From Octopus vulgaris (taxonomy: Eukaryota), in the NCBI GenBank assembly GCA_951406725.2, contig OX597830.1, forward strand, positions 2,232,001 to 2,296,000: a DNA stretch of 64,000 nt. Reading direction: 5' to 3'. The notes beneath the pieces are model-generated. The model saw only the letters and a list, made by a program, of their open reading frames with translations, made no database searches and was not told where the DNA came from. The position numbers and the translations under genes are program-made. Of this stretch, positions 27,474-41,278 are shown piece after piece; within the stretch, counting starts at the first letter, position 1, and every line of letters starts with the position of its first letter.

Positions 27474-27649
27474 CATTTTTGGCACCATCAACGTCATCAG
27501 TGTCATCGATGTCACCAGTAGCAGCCCTGGCATCAGTCATTCTCTTCATCATCATCATCATCATCGTAGTGGATGTGGTAGTGGTGGGAGCAGCTGTAGT
27601 AGCAGTAGTAGCAATAAATGATGTTCTAGATGATGATGATGATGATAAT
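27474..27649 (-). CDS. Candidate host exon (Ser/Thr/Met/Asp-rich)
   Basis: Acceptor tcttatcattttccAG, donor ATG|GTACGT; 176 nt, open in phase 2 to phase 1. Confidence 0.3.
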
Positions 27650-28319
27650 CTGGAAAATGATAAGATGATGATGATGATGATGGTAATGATGATGATGATG
27701 ATGATGATGGTAATGATGATGATGATGATGATGATGGTAACAATGATGGTTGAAACAGTGATTGTCATGATGATGATAAAGTTAGTTTATCACAACAGGA
27801 TGTGGTGCTTTTCATAATTCCATAGATGTCAATTTCCCAATTATTCATGAAACGAAAGATTTGCAAAATGAGAAGATGGGGTATTCGTATATTCCACAGA
27901 AAGATGTTAACCCTATCCCATTGTATACCAGGAATAGCTGAAACAAAATCTCTACCGCAGTCCCATTAAAATAGTAATTGAACAGCACACATAAAAAAAA
28001 AAGGAAGATGAAATACTAAAAACAGACAACCGACCATGCTGCAGCTTTGGAGTCGCGTGTGTTTCTCAGTCATTGTCTGTAGTGTTCCTCACGGCTGTTG
28101 TTGAATTTTATTTCCAATCAGAAAAGAAAATGGATTTTTTTGGTGATAAAACAAGTGTGTGTGATGAACATCTGGTAAACGAGCAAAGCTTAGACGCTTC
28201 ATGGTTGGAGAAATTATTGTTTTTTTCCTGATTTTTTTTTTGTTGTTGTTTTTCTGAGTTATTCTGTCCAATAGTTGGCACGTAATCATTGTTCTTGAGC
28301 TATATATACAAATTCTTAC

Positions 28320-28481
28320 TTTTTTATTGAGGAGCCCAAGTGGAGGGAAAAGTTAGACAAAAGAGGTTGAAAAATAAAATCCGAAACCACAACACAAAGA
28401 ACTGTGTTAGTAATTTGGAACATGTCATTTAAAGGTATGAAATATTCGAGAATTGCTGCACCAAATACAAAGAGAAAATTC
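28320..28481 (-). CDS. Candidate host exon
   Basis: Strong acceptor ttttatttttaatattttctttAG, donor AA|GTAAGA; 162 nt, open in phase 2 to phase 2. Confidence 0.35.
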
Positions 28482-28635
28482 CTAAAGAAAATATTAAAAA
28501 TAAAACTAACAAGAAAAAGAGTGAACCTAAAAGTGAACCCAATATTTTCATGTCCAAACATGGCCAGACAAAGGACCAAACTCCTTTAATTTGTCCATAA
28601 AAAATGTTTCCATTGGCAACCTGCTAATTAATATA

Positions 28636-28790
28636 TTCTTTTCTACTCTAGGCACAAGGCCTGAAATTTGGGGGAAGGGCAGCCAATCAATTAGATTGAC
28701 CCCCAGTATGCAACTGGTACTTAATTTATTGACTCCAAAAGAATGAAAGAAAAAGTCGACCTCAACGGAATTTGAACCTAAAGTCAGATG
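28636..28790 (-). mobile_element. SINE family A (GGCCTTGTGCC tail)
   Basis: Reverse complement of core GTCGAC..AAGTACCAG and tail CAGGCCTTGTGCCTAGAGTAGAAAAG. Confidence 0.75.
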
Positions 28791-29353
28791 AACCTGCTAA
28801 AATAACCCACAACGAATTCCCATTTTCATGACAAGACTGCTCTATTTTAATTATTGGCATTTGACTGGGCATTCAGACGAAAGTTGTTTACCTGATCAAT
28901 AATACGATATTCCACATAGTGAGGATGTGTAGGAGGGTTCAGCCTATTGTAGTGTTGTGGCCATCATAAAGGTTTATCTAATATTTTTGATAAATATTTA
29001 AGATTTTGTGTAGCAATCAACCAAATCTAGTCAATAAACTCCTAGACTTTACTGTTTTTACTTCTAAATTACTGAGGAAACATGAAGAATGAGAGTTTCC
29101 CATTTCTTTTTTCTGGTCACTTCATACATGGAGAAACCTTTGCCAGTTTATATTCACATTAAATAGAAACAAACTATTTACTGTTCCTTTCAGTTTTAAA
29201 ATAACTGACAGTAATTTCATGGAGATACAGTATTTTTTTTCTAGCAGGTCAAGTGACCATATAGTGTACCGATCATTGACCCTGTGTAAATTAGGGGAAA
29301 GAAAGAAGAGAACACTCACAAACACATGTCTGTACCAATAATGATAATAATTA

Positions 29354-29560
29354 TTCTATCTACTCTAGACGCAGGGCCATTTTGGTGGAGAGGGCAAGTC
29401 ATTTACATCAACCCTAGGGCTCAACAGGAATTTTATTTTAATGATCCTGAGAAGATGAAAAATATGTCAACCTCAGCAGGATTTGAACTTGGAATGTAAA
29501 AACAGGAGAAATGCTGCTAAGCATTTTGTCTGACATGCTAACGATTCTACCAAATTGCTA
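29354..29560 (-). mobile_element. SINE family A, diverged
   Basis: ATTTGAACT..AAATGCTGCTAAGCATTTTGTCTGACATGCTAACGATTCTACCA is the reverse complement of the family A head. Confidence 0.7.
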
Positions 29561-29628
29561 CCCTTTTAATAAAAGCAATAATGATGATGATGATGATGAT
29601 GATGATCACAATAATAATAATAATAATA

Positions 29629-31803
29629 ATAACCTGCCTCCCTACTATGTTCAAGGCATTTACTGCAGTGATATCGCAAAGGCTGAACAAGCACCTGGAC
29701 GAAAACAAACTGTTCCCAGAAGAGCAGAAAGGATGCCGCAAGGGCTCATATGGCTGTAAAGATCAACTAATGATTAATAAAGCCGTAACTGAAGACAGCC
29801 ACAGAAAGAAGAAAGGCCTCAGTATGGCCTGGATTGACTACAAAAAGGCGTTTGATAGCATCCCCCACACATGGATCCTCAAAACACTAGCCATTAACAA
29901 AGTAGCACCAACAATCATAAAATTCATAGAGCACTCTATGAATAAATGGCAAACAGTCCTACACCTCCAAACAAAAGAGGGACTCATGAAAACCAAAGAC
30001 ATCCCCATTAGAAGAGGAATATTCCAGGGAGACACGCTCTCTCCACTCCTTTTCTGCTTGGCACTGTCACCTCTATCTGATATGCTAAATAGAACTGGAT
30101 GTGGATATAAATGTTACAGCAAAACGATCAGCCACCTTTTATATATGGATGACCTAAAACTATACGCTGCAAATGACAAACAGCTGGAAACACTATTAAA
30201 GACAGTTCATGGATTTACCAAAGAAATAGATATGAAATTTGGATTAGAAAAAATGCGCCAAAGTAACCATGAAAAGAGGAAAACTAGTTAAGAGTAACAA
30301 CATCACACTAGATAAAACAAATGAAATAAAAGAATTAGACCAAAGCCAAACTTACAAATACTTAGGAATCCATGAACTAGATAAGACACAACACACACAA
30401 ATGAAAGAGAAAATAAAAAAAAGAATATTATAGACGAGTTAGATCAATACTAAAAACAGAGCTCAATGCTAAAAACAAGATAATAGGTATCAGCACTTTA
30501 GCTGTCCCAGTTATAAGTTACAGCTACAATATCCTTAACTGGACACGAAATGAACTGTCCAAAATAGATAGGAAAACAAGAAAAATACTGACAGGATCTA
30601 GGATGCATCACCCAAAATCTGACATAGAAAGACTATATATACAACGTATAGAAGGTGGTAGAGGCCTTATACAGCTGGAAAACTACTATAAAATAACCAC
30701 CATAGGACTGCAAAAATACCTACTTCAGAAGGAAGGAAAACTGATCCAGATAGCAGCAAAACACGAGCAAAACAAAAAACTGTTCTCAGTATTTAAGGAA
30801 GCTGACAAATACAAACAAGAAATCATACCACCTAATAAAAACGAAGAAGAAGAAGAAGAAGATGAAGAAGCAACAAAAGCTATAAAACAAATGAAATCCA
30901 AACTAAAAATAGAACAGCAACGAGCCATGATAAAACGATGGCAAGAAAAGCCCCTTCATGGTAAATACTGCACTAAACTAAACGCAAAAGAAATAGACAA
31001 AGAAAAATCCCAGCAATGGTTGAGAAGCTCAGGACTCAAAGCAGAAACAGAGGGATTTTTAATTGCAGCACAAGACCAAAGCCTCCCCACCAGAAATTAC
31101 CAAAAACATGTAATGAAAAGAAATATTACAAGAAACTGCAGAATATGTGGAGATGGACAAGAAACAATAAATCATATTATCTCTAGCTGCCCAGTCCTGG
31201 CTAAGAAGGAATATATTCACAGACATGACAGAGTTGGAACCTACATACATTGGAAGCTATGCCAACATTATGGAATAACAACAGAAAAAAGATGGTATAG
31301 GCACACACCAGAAAATGTCACAGAAAACGAGAAAGCAACCATACTCTGGGATATGCCGATACACACAGATAGAGAAATTAAGGCCAACAGACCAGATATA
31401 GTTGTCAGAGATCATGAAGAAGAAAAATGCTTTCTAATTGATGTATCAATACCGGCAGATGACAACGTGTCTCTAAAAGAAATGGAGAAACTCTCAAAAT
31501 ACAAAGACCTGGAAATAGAGGTAACTAGAATGTGGAACCTGAAAACAGAAACAATTCCTATCATAGTAGGTGCATTAGGCATGATAAAAAAATATTCAGA
31601 CAAATACATAACAAAAACACCAGGACTTACAAACACATATAACATACAGAAAATTGCACTACTAGGCACTGCACACATCCTACGCAGAACACTTTCCATA
31701 CAATAACCATCAGAGCATCACAACAAATCACAGCACATACCCAAGGCACACAGAGCTGCGCTCGGTAGTGAAGTGAAAGCACGCTATAAAAATAAAACTA
31801 CTG
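29629..31803 (+). mobile_element. 5'-truncated R4/Dong-clade non-LTR retrotransposon (RT, CCHC knuckle, restriction-like endonuclease) inserted in (TAA)n
   Basis: ITCLPT, EQKGCR, WIDYKKAFDS, GIFQGDTLSP, YMDD, YKYLG, CRICGDGQETINHIISSC, RHD, RPDIVV..LIDVSIP; ORF ends 31706; (TAA)n on both flanks; only two +1A frameshifts (30248-53, 30415-22). Confidence 0.95.
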
Positions 31804-31835
31804 AATAATAATAATAATAATAATGATAACAATAA

Positions 31836-32035
31836 TCCTTTCTACTATAGGTACAAGGCCAGATATTTTTGGGGGAGGGGAAAGTCGATTATGCAACTGG
31901 TACTTATTTTATCGACTCTGAAGGGATGAAAGGTAAAGTCGACCTTGGAGGAATTTGAACACAGAATGTAGCAATGGGTGAAAAACTGCAAAGCATTTCA
32001 TCCAGCACACCAACAGTTCAGTCAGCTCACCACTT
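31836..32035 (-). mobile_element. SINE family A
   Basis: TCCTTTCTACTATAGGTACAAGGCC..AAAGTCGACCTTGGAGGAATTTGAAC; flanked by (TAA)n. Confidence 0.8.
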
Positions 32036-32042
32036 TAATGAA

Positions 32043-32104
<62 letters not shown>

Positions 32105-32408
32105 GCAAAAGGGGCTGATTGCTACCTAACTCAGATACCAGGAAACCCCAAAATGGCAGAAATTCAAAAGATAGTGCTCATGGAACTGCTCATATCCTAC
32201 GCAAAATACTTTCTACGTAATCTCAAATTTTAAAACAAATATAATTTTCTTATGGTTTCTTAAGCATTCACTAGTACAACACTAAGTACAAAACCAAATA
32301 TTTGACACCCTACACATAACACCAACATGAAATTCCAACTTGTTTCTTGAGGTCTCTGGGTGAGACTTGGAGCCAACTTGTGCAAATGTAAAGCAAAAGT
32401 CAAACATA

Positions 32409-32410
<2 letters not shown>
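32105..32410 (+). mobile_element. R4/Dong-like 3' end fragment (second family)
   Basis: YLTQIPGNPKMAEIQKIVLMGTAHILRKILST*, then a distinct 3' UTR; (TAA)n on both sides. Confidence 0.85.
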
Positions 32411-32465
<55 letters not shown>

Positions 32466-32467
<2 letters not shown>

Positions 32468-32925
32468 GTTTCAAATTTGGGCACAAGGCCAGCAATTTCA
32501 GGGAGAAGGTAAGTCGATTACATTAACCCCAATATTCAACAGATATTTATTTTACTGACCTTGAAAAGATGACAGGCAAAGCCAACCTCTGTGGAATTTG
32601 AACTCCAAACATGATAACAGGTGAAATACAGCTTAGCATTTGTCTCAGCATGCTAACGGTTCTGCCAGCTTGTTGTCCTTTTAATAATAGCAATAAGGAT
32701 GATAATGATAATAATAATAATCCTTTCTACTATAGGCACAAGACCTGAAATTTGGGGGCTGGAGACAAGTCAATTATATCGACCACAGTGTTCCACTGGT
32801 ACTGACCCTGAAAGGATGAAAGGCAAGGTCCACTTCAGCAGAATTTGAACTCAGAATGCAGCGATGGGTGAAATACTGCTTAGCATTTTGCTCAGCATGC
32901 TAACGGCTCTGCCAGCTTGCTGCTC
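32466..32925 (-). mobile_element. Two tandem SINE family A copies (32466-32680 and 32720-32925)
   Basis: Both carry head and core; tails GGTTTCAAATTTGGGCACAAGGCC and TCCTTTCTACTATAGGCACAAGACC abut (TAA)n. Confidence 0.8.
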
Positions 32926-33043
32926 TTTTAATACTAACAATAAGGATGATGATGATGATGATAACTGAAATAAAGTTATGATGGAATAAACCATAAATAA
33001 TAATGATAATAATAATAATGATGCCCTTTTGATAATAGCAATA

Positions 33044-33075
<32 letters not shown>

Positions 33076-33084
33076 AACGGTGAA

Positions 33085-33900
33085 ATGATGAAGGCAATTC
33101 AACCTCAATCCAGCTATAAATACCTGAGAATATTTGAGGCAGGTGGAATGAAACACCAGGACATGAAGGAAAAGACAGAAAGAGAAAGCAGCCTGCAGTG
33201 GGTGAGGAAAATATTGGCTTCAAAGCTGAATTCCAGAGAGATGATTTCGGCAGTAAACTTGCAGCAGCTCGGTATGATGCTAGAATCTTGAAGTGGACAG
33301 TGGAGGTGCTAAAGGAGATGGACAGGAAGTCAAAGAAGTGCCTAATGATGCATGGAGGCCATCATCCATGTGCAGACACTGATCACCTATACATGACGAG
33401 AGCAACTGGAGGAAGGTGGGGGGACTGATAAGTGTGGAAGACTCTCAAACTTGAGAGCCTATTGTGATACCTAGACCAAAGTAAAGAAACCTTGCTAGCG
33501 ACAGTTAGGAACGAGGGAGTATTGAGAGCAGGAAAAAAAGAGGAAACAAAGGAAGAAGTACAAAAAAAGACATGACGAAGAATTACACAAGAAGGGACAA
33601 CACAGCCAATTCCATCTAGCCACAACATAAGTCGCTGGAAAAATATGTGGGATTGGCTCATGAAAGGAACCCTAAAAAATGAGACAGAGAACACTATACT
33701 GGCAGCGCAAAACCACGCTCTAGCCATGAATTGGAGGGTCAAACTGAAGAATGAGCAAGTGTCCCCACAGTGCTGCATCTACAATAGAGTGGATAGAAGC
33801 ATTGCCCATATCATGAAGGAATGCCTAGACTTGCCCCAAACCACTCCAAGTTGTGGCAACACGACCAGGTAGCAAAAGTGCTATAGTGGAAACTCTGTGA
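33085..33900 (+). pseudogene. Degenerate R4/Dong-like fragment (RT thumb to zinc knuckle)
   Basis: SYKYLRI, SKLNSR, MDRKSKK..HHPCADTDHLY..GGR, WDWLMKGTLKNETENTILAAQNHAL, RHDQVAK. Confidence 0.8.
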
Positions 33901-33969
33901 TTCTGCCAGCTCACCACCTTGATGATGACGATGATAATAATAATAATAATAATAATGATAATAATAAAT

Positions 33970-34524
33970 ACCATGATGCAGTATCAGGCAGTGGCTCTCG
34001 TGGCTTCTGATCTTAACTGATTGGAAGTGTTATCATGTACATTGTTTTGTCTTGGCATAAAAGATGGGCTACAATAAATATTCTGCTCAATACCACAGAT
34101 TTGCTTGTCAGTTGCTTGACTTTAACCAGTTGAGCATGTCTCTTAGTGGCTGATGGTATGTGCATCTCTGATCACGAGCAGAAGTAGTGGGGGGAACATC
34201 ATAGCCACATGTTGAGAGGGATTCTTTAGGGTTTGGATAATTCGCCTTTGGAGACATGGGTGTTTCATTCAACATCCTCAAACAACCCTTATTCAGGGAC
34301 CTTTTGAGTGGGATGGGCTACTCGACCTCAAGATAATTCTAACTGAACCCCACCTGCAAGGTCATGTGCTGTTTATCTTGATATAAGATCTCCATGTCGC
34401 ACACATATAGTTGTGATGCATGTGCCTAGTGTACCCTTATCAGACGGGTAGTAATGATGGGTATACTGGGTTTTGTATATTTTACTCCAGTGTCACTTTG
34501 TTGGCATGCACTGCTCTCTCACTC
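33970..34524 (+). mobile_element. Non-coding insert bounded by (TAA)n, probably an RLE-LINE 3' UTR or non-autonomous derivative
   Basis: Unique-looking, higher-GC block between two TAA arrays, ending CTCTCTCACTC-AATAAT; no ORF. Confidence 0.45.
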
Positions 34525-34560
34525 AATAATACTACTAATAATAATAATAAAGATGATGAT

Positions 34561-34880
34561 GGCTGTATGGTTAAGAATTTTATTTTTCAAACATGTGGTC
34601 ATGAGTTCAATCCCAAATGTGTGGAAATGTCTTCTAGAATAGTGCTGGGCCGAGCAAAGGTTCATGAATGGATTTAGTAAATAAAATCTGAAAGAATGGA
34701 ATAGTACACACACACACACATAATGGGCTTCTTTAATTTTCCATCTACCAAATCCACTCACAAGGCTTTGGTTAGCTCAAGGCTATAATAGAAAATACTT
34801 GCCCAAGGTGCCATGCAGTGGGACTGAACATGGAACTATGTGGTTGAAAAGCAAACTTCTTAGCACACAGCTATGCATAC
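34561..34880. mobile_element. Two SINE family C heads in opposite orientation (34561-34705 +, 34725-34880 -)
   Basis: GGCTGTATGGTTAAGAA..GAGTTCAATCCC; and reverse complement CTTGCCCAAGGTGCCATGCAGTGGGACTGAAC. Confidence 0.65.
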
Positions 34881-35199
34881 AAATATATAAATATGTGTGT
34901 GTATGTGTGTGTGTGTGTATGTGTATGTGTGTGGCGGTAGTGATCGAGGTGAATGATTTTTGTTATTTGCTGTGAGGTCAACAGATTAGAAGACTTTCCG
35001 AGGACAAATGAATTTTTAAACAAATTTTGTTGCATGCTTTGTAGAATTGATTATGGGGAAATCAGACATCAGCAAACAACAGCAAAACAATATAAGCGGG
35101 GTTCCAATATGGTGGAGCCACCTAGGAGCCAATCAAAGAGGAACCTCACACATCAAGTATCCCCATAAAAGGTCTTTGCAGCATTGGCAGACACACACA

Positions 35200-35214
35200 C
35201 ATGTATATATGTGA

Positions 35215-35253
<39 letters not shown>

Positions 35254-35293
35254 TGTGTGTGTATGTATGTGTGTGCTGGTACATATACGCACG

Positions 35294-35324
<31 letters not shown>

Positions 35325-35431
35325 GCATGTACATAAATATCTATATATTTCAATATATATATATATATAAACACACACATATATATACACACACATACAC
35401 ATATATATATATATATATATGTATGTAAAAA

Positions 35432-35483
<52 letters not shown>

Positions 35484-36025
35484 TGTATGTGTGCCTATGT
35501 ATGTATGCATGTATATAGATATATATATATATATATGTACCTATGTATGCCTATCTATGTATGTATATGTGTATGTGTGTGCGTACGTATGAATGTATGT
35601 ATACATATATAAATACATATCTTAGTGGGGGTACAAAAGAAAAGAAACGTATGTTGCAAGGAGCCTGAGGACTTTATAGTGAAGTGCTTTTGTGTGAGTT
35701 AGTAGCCTGATGAAAGGCTGGTCTTAGTTTGGTTGTATGTATCATTGATGTGGTTCCATTTCTAAAGAACTATTTGGTCCAATGGAGCTATGCCATCTTT
35801 GAATAACAAAACAAATACAAGCACTTAATAGCACTGACTTAGGAACCTATACCATGCTCCATTCAGATACGCATGTATGTATGGACATATCTATCTATCT
35901 ATTTATCTATCTATCTATCATCTCTCTATCTATCTATCTGTGTGGCATAAATGATTTTTTATATATGTGCATATGTATATACATATGTATATACATATAT
36001 ATATATATATATGTATATACATATG

Positions 36026-36071
<46 letters not shown>

Positions 36072-36196
36072 TAAATATACTTATATACACTCACATGTAT
36101 ATGTACACACACATATATATATATATGTATATATATATATGTAGATATATATAGATATATATATACATACATACAGATATATATATATATATATAT

Positions 36197-36257
<61 letters not shown>

Positions 36258-36283
36258 CATACATATATATACATATATATACA

Positions 36284-36316
<33 letters not shown>

Positions 36317-36320
36317 GCAC
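35200..36320. repeat. Compound (TA)n/(CA)n/(TG)n low-complexity region
   Basis: Direct reading. Confidence 0.9.
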
Positions 36321-37226
36321 ACACACACATAAACTAAAAGGGGAGAAAGAGACAGAGAGAAAAGAGAGAGAGAGAAAAGACATAGATACAGTACCTAACC
36401 AAAAAGAAAAACAACATCACAAACTTTAAAAAAATCTTACATAAATAGACTTAGACAAATATGTATGCTTATGCATTTATATGTGACATCGTGTGCATAT
36501 ATGGCACTGTTTCTATATGTTCCTATGTATGTCTACACATCTGAGTGTGTATTTGTATTTCTGACTACATACACATGCATATATATATATATATATATAT
36601 GCATATATATATATATATATGTATGCATGTATGTATGTATGCATGTATGTATGTGAGTGCATGTGTCTGTCTGTCTGTATGTGTATGTATATGTCTTTCT
36701 CTGTGAATGTCTGTGTGTATAGCTTTATACATCATCCAGTACATTAGAAGCAAGTTTTCTATTCTTAATGATATTACTTAAGTATGAATAACAATGTGAG
36801 TAAACTCCTGAAAAATGAGGGACTCTTTTACTTATTTATTTATTAACTTTTTTTCTTTCCATTTCACACAAGGAATGGTTCTATATGAAATAAAATAAAT
36901 ATAAAAAAAAGGAAAAAGAAAACCTATCTTTCTGAAAGCTTAGTGAATTATCAGAACTCTGTATTCTATAAAATAGTTGAATAATACATTCTAATTACCT
37001 AAAAAAAAAGAAGAAAATGAGAAAAAAGTGGGCGAGAGAGAAAGAGAGAGGGTGATGAAAATTGTGACGAGAGAGGGAGAAATATTTAAATCAAATATAT
37101 TAGCAGAATAGAACTTGCTGTAATTAGGTTCCTTGTGTACTAACACCATTGTCTAAACCTGGATGAGTATAACTTGGCAGCAGACAGACTGGACAAACCA
37201 ACAACAACAACAACAGCATTAATGAA

Positions 37227-37312
<86 letters not shown>

Positions 37313-37657
37313 TGATAATAATAATAATAACAACAATAACAACAACAATAATAATAATATTACAAGAATAAAATAGAAATAAATGTAAAAGAGAAAGAAG
37401 AAATGTGAGTTAAATAGAAAGTGTTGTGTTTCTAATAGATTGTGGATTTAAGAGTTTGGGTTTTGAGCAGGTTTTTAAGTCAGAGACATCGAAGGGGTTG
37501 TGATTGTTTGAAGTATGTAACCATTGTTGGTTTTGAGCAGTTCTGTGAATACCATTCAAGTATCAAGCATTGCAACCACTTCTATGGGAGCGAACAGAGA
37601 AGCATACACACACATGCACACGTGTGTGTGTGTGTGTGTATGTGTGTATATCAGATG

Positions 37658-37689
<32 letters not shown>

Positions 37690-37776
37690 CAGATAGATAG
37701 ATATATAAAAACTACCTATCAAATAATATATCAATATGTATCTTTCAAAATATGTATATATACACATACATATATA

Positions 37777-37810
<34 letters not shown>

Positions 37811-38570
37811 TTTATATATATATATATATATATACACTCACATATATATAAATATATGTATGTTTGTATGTATGTATCTATATGTATGTATATATATTGG
37901 CTGGCAAGCATCAATGTGTTGAGAGGCATAAAAAGTCAGAGGGGCCATTGTGCTGTTGCTTGTTGTGTGGAATAACACCATTACAGCTAGAACACATTAA
38001 AAGGAGTCGTGTTTGGAAAATAATTCTTCTACAACTAAATTCTGCAACGTTTTCTTGACACAAAACGCTGTATATGTTGTTGGCCTTTAACCTGTAATCA
38101 GCCCTGATCGAATAAAACTGTGTTGAAAGACACTCCAGCTATGACCATCCACATTATTTTATTCTTGGCTGAGTAAACCCTGGACTATAGTGCCTAACAT
38201 GTCTTTCTATCTTGTATGTTTGTAAGCTGGTAGCATGAAATATGAGGATTATTTGGTTGCTATTTCTAGTAAGTTACAGGACAGCATTGAGGTTCCTGCT
38301 TGTATTTTTTCAAAGTTGATTAAAATAGAACAAGGGCCAATATTATTAAGTGTTGCAGACCCGTTTCTCTCTCCTCCACTTCCCACCTCCCTTAGTCTGT
38401 TGAATGTCGGCTGTATTCCAACGTATCTCTTTCTAATTTCTTCAAATTCCTTCCCTTCGTCTGAAAACTGTGACAACCCTCTCTACTCTGGAACCACAAC
38501 AACACAGCCTTTTCTACATTGTTAGTCTGTGTAGTGAGGTTGTGGGCCCTCCTCCAACATATCACATGCT

Positions 38571-38796
38571 TTAACCATTAACATTCAGATTGTTCTGTCA
38601 AGTCTAATATTTTTTTATTCAAATTGCTTTGAATAAATCAAGTTTTGTCTTTTAGCTTCAAGACTTGATGAAATGATTGTTAATTATTCGAATGACATTG
38701 TGAGGTAGGTGAGAGGGGTCAGATCGGGTCAGTTTGAACCTAAAACAGGCAGAATATTTGCACTGGATGTGTCTAGTTGAAATTCTAAATTGCTTA
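38571..38796 (+). mobile_element. TTAA-start (piggyBac-like) MITE
   Basis: TTAACCATTAACATTCAGA..AATGACATTGTGAGGTAGGTGAGAGG..CAGTTTGAACCTAAAACAGG; homologous to 61053-61270. Confidence 0.6.
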
Positions 38797-39160
38797 CTAG
38801 TTCTACAATCCCCTTAAAATGTTGGGATGGTCATGAGAGGAATCTTTTTAATCACAGGTTTGGAGGATTAAGGTAGACTTAGAATGAAACAACAACAGCA
38901 ATAGTTACCATGGAGAAGTCTTCATGTTCTTAGTCCACTTACTAGAACTAGCAGCTAAATATCCTTCAAATTTCTCTGTACCACTTTAAAAAAAGGAAGA
39001 ACTCCGAATAATGTTGTCTTAGATAAACCATGTCAGATAAAATATGAAGGGTTGGTCTTTAATGGAATGCTAATAGCTCTTTTCAGTGAAGTCTTCTGCA
39101 GAGTTAAACTACTGCTGCTGCTCCTGCTACCACTACTACTACTACTACTACCACTACTAT

Positions 39161-39201
<41 letters not shown>

Positions 39202-39728
39202 TTGATGTAGTTGAGTAACCAATGACAGGGGAATTTCATAACTGTTAACCTGTTAGAAATAGCAGCTAAATCTTCCACAAGTCACATCCTTCAGCCATTT
39301 GTAAAAAAATAGAAAAAATGGCGGGGGGGGGGGGCGGCAGGATACAGATTAAATTGTCTTAAGCACATTGTCTGAATATTAAGTGGAATGGTCATATTTG
39401 GAATGTTTGTGATGATAGGTCTTGTCAGTGAGGGCTGATGAAGGGATTAAATAAAAACAACAACAGTAATATCACCTCAACTACTTCAACCACTGCCAAA
39501 CTCTCTCACTTCCCCTCACCACCAGCACCCCCACCATAACTACCCCGTCTACAACCACCAGTGCTTTTATCATCAGCATCATCATCCACAACAACAACTG
39601 CAACAATAACAACATTATCATTACAGCAAAATAACAGCCAAAAAAATTTGGTTTATTTGGCAGCTGGATAATCTATTTTCTTGCCTGCTTAAATAACAAT
39701 ATACTCCACCAAAAAATGAATAACAGCA

Positions 39729-39776
<48 letters not shown>

Positions 39777-39924
39777 GCGAATAAAGCACAAGTGAAGAAG
39801 AGATAAGAGTTTAGTGCAGGTCAGTAAGGTGGGAAAATATTATTTTAGGCAAAATATAAAAAACAACCTAAAAAATATGGCAGTAAAAAACATTTGAGGG
39901 AAAAACAAACAGAAATACAAGATA

Positions 39925-40092
39925 AAGGTGCAAGAATGGTTGTGTGGTTAAGGGGTTTATTTCATAACTATGGTGGTTTGGGTTCAGGCTCTCTGTGGGA
40001 CAGCTTTGGCAACAGTCTTCAACTACAGTTCTGGCCCTGAACAACGCCTTGTGAGAAAACTTAGTTAACAGTAAGTGACCAGAGTTTGTCAC
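39925..40092 (+). mobile_element. SINE family C head
   Basis: GGTGCAAGAATGGTTGTGTGGTTAAG..GGTTCAGG..TTGGCAACAGTCTTCAACTAC..GCCTTGTGAG. Confidence 0.55.
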
Positions 40093-41176
40093 ATACATAC
40101 ATACATACATACATATATGCATGCATACATACATGCTTTCATGTGATTAGTTGAGGGGAAAATTGAAGAACAAAAGAAAAAGGAGAGAGAAATAGAGGGT
40201 AAGGGGAAGAATGAGAGAGAAACAGGGGGTGTAAAGTGTATTAAGTGTATAAAATTGTGCATAAAGTGTATATACAAAGTGCATTAAATAATCCTCGTAT
40301 TCTGTCACTCTTCAGTGAATAGCAGATGAGCGCCTGTCTTTTGATACAGACACAACACAAGCCTATGCTTCCAGGTTATTTCAGAAATATCGCAATAAGT
40401 TTACCATTAATTCCTTGAAATATTCACGGGTTCCACTAGTTACTATTATTAGCCAAGAGTATCCATGTCATTGGTAGGTAAAATTTCTTTCTATACCCAT
40501 ATAATTTTTTTCTTTTTAATGTCAAACAAGGGATTTAACTGCAATAAATTCAAATGACTGAAATTTTGGAAAATAAAAATTATAGAAATGGAAACTTCAG
40601 TCTAAATAGGTATAGAAAATCAATCAACTTTGATCTATAGATTTTGCTTTGATACTCTTTAGTGAGTAACAGATAATATTGTTATTTAAGATTGGTCATT
40701 CCTGATGAACGAGAAGTGTGAGCAAAAGTGATCTTTCCAGAACTATTTTCTTTATATTTTATATCCAAGACTATATCCTCCAATGTAAGTATGTGTGTGT
40801 GTGTTTGTAGGCCTCTGTGTGTGTATGTGCATTAGTCAAGGAATTTATCATTCTGCATTATGTTAACGATTTCTACACTACAGGCTGTCATCAGGAGAAG
40901 ATAAATCTATTTGACTTTGCAAAGGAATTTAAATCATCAAGACAACATGCAATAAACAGTTGCATGCAGTCAGTTGCATGTGTTCTGCATCTCGTGATCT
41001 CACAGAATTCCTTCACCCAGGTAGACATGATTTGCATATTGTTCAGTCAATTGATGAATTATATAACTTATCATCACACAATGCATTGAGCACTTAACAG
41101 AACATGGAACACAGGTGCATTCATCTATCTATCTATCCGGCCAGCAATCCAGCCATATATGTGTGTGTTTGTATGC

Positions 41177-41219
<43 letters not shown>

Positions 41220-41278
41220 TATATATACACACAGCCACACATACACACACACACACACGTATATATATATATATATAT

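Noticed and set aside
35660-35730. CTGAGGA and CTGATGA boxes
   Set aside because: No matching GAAA or stems.
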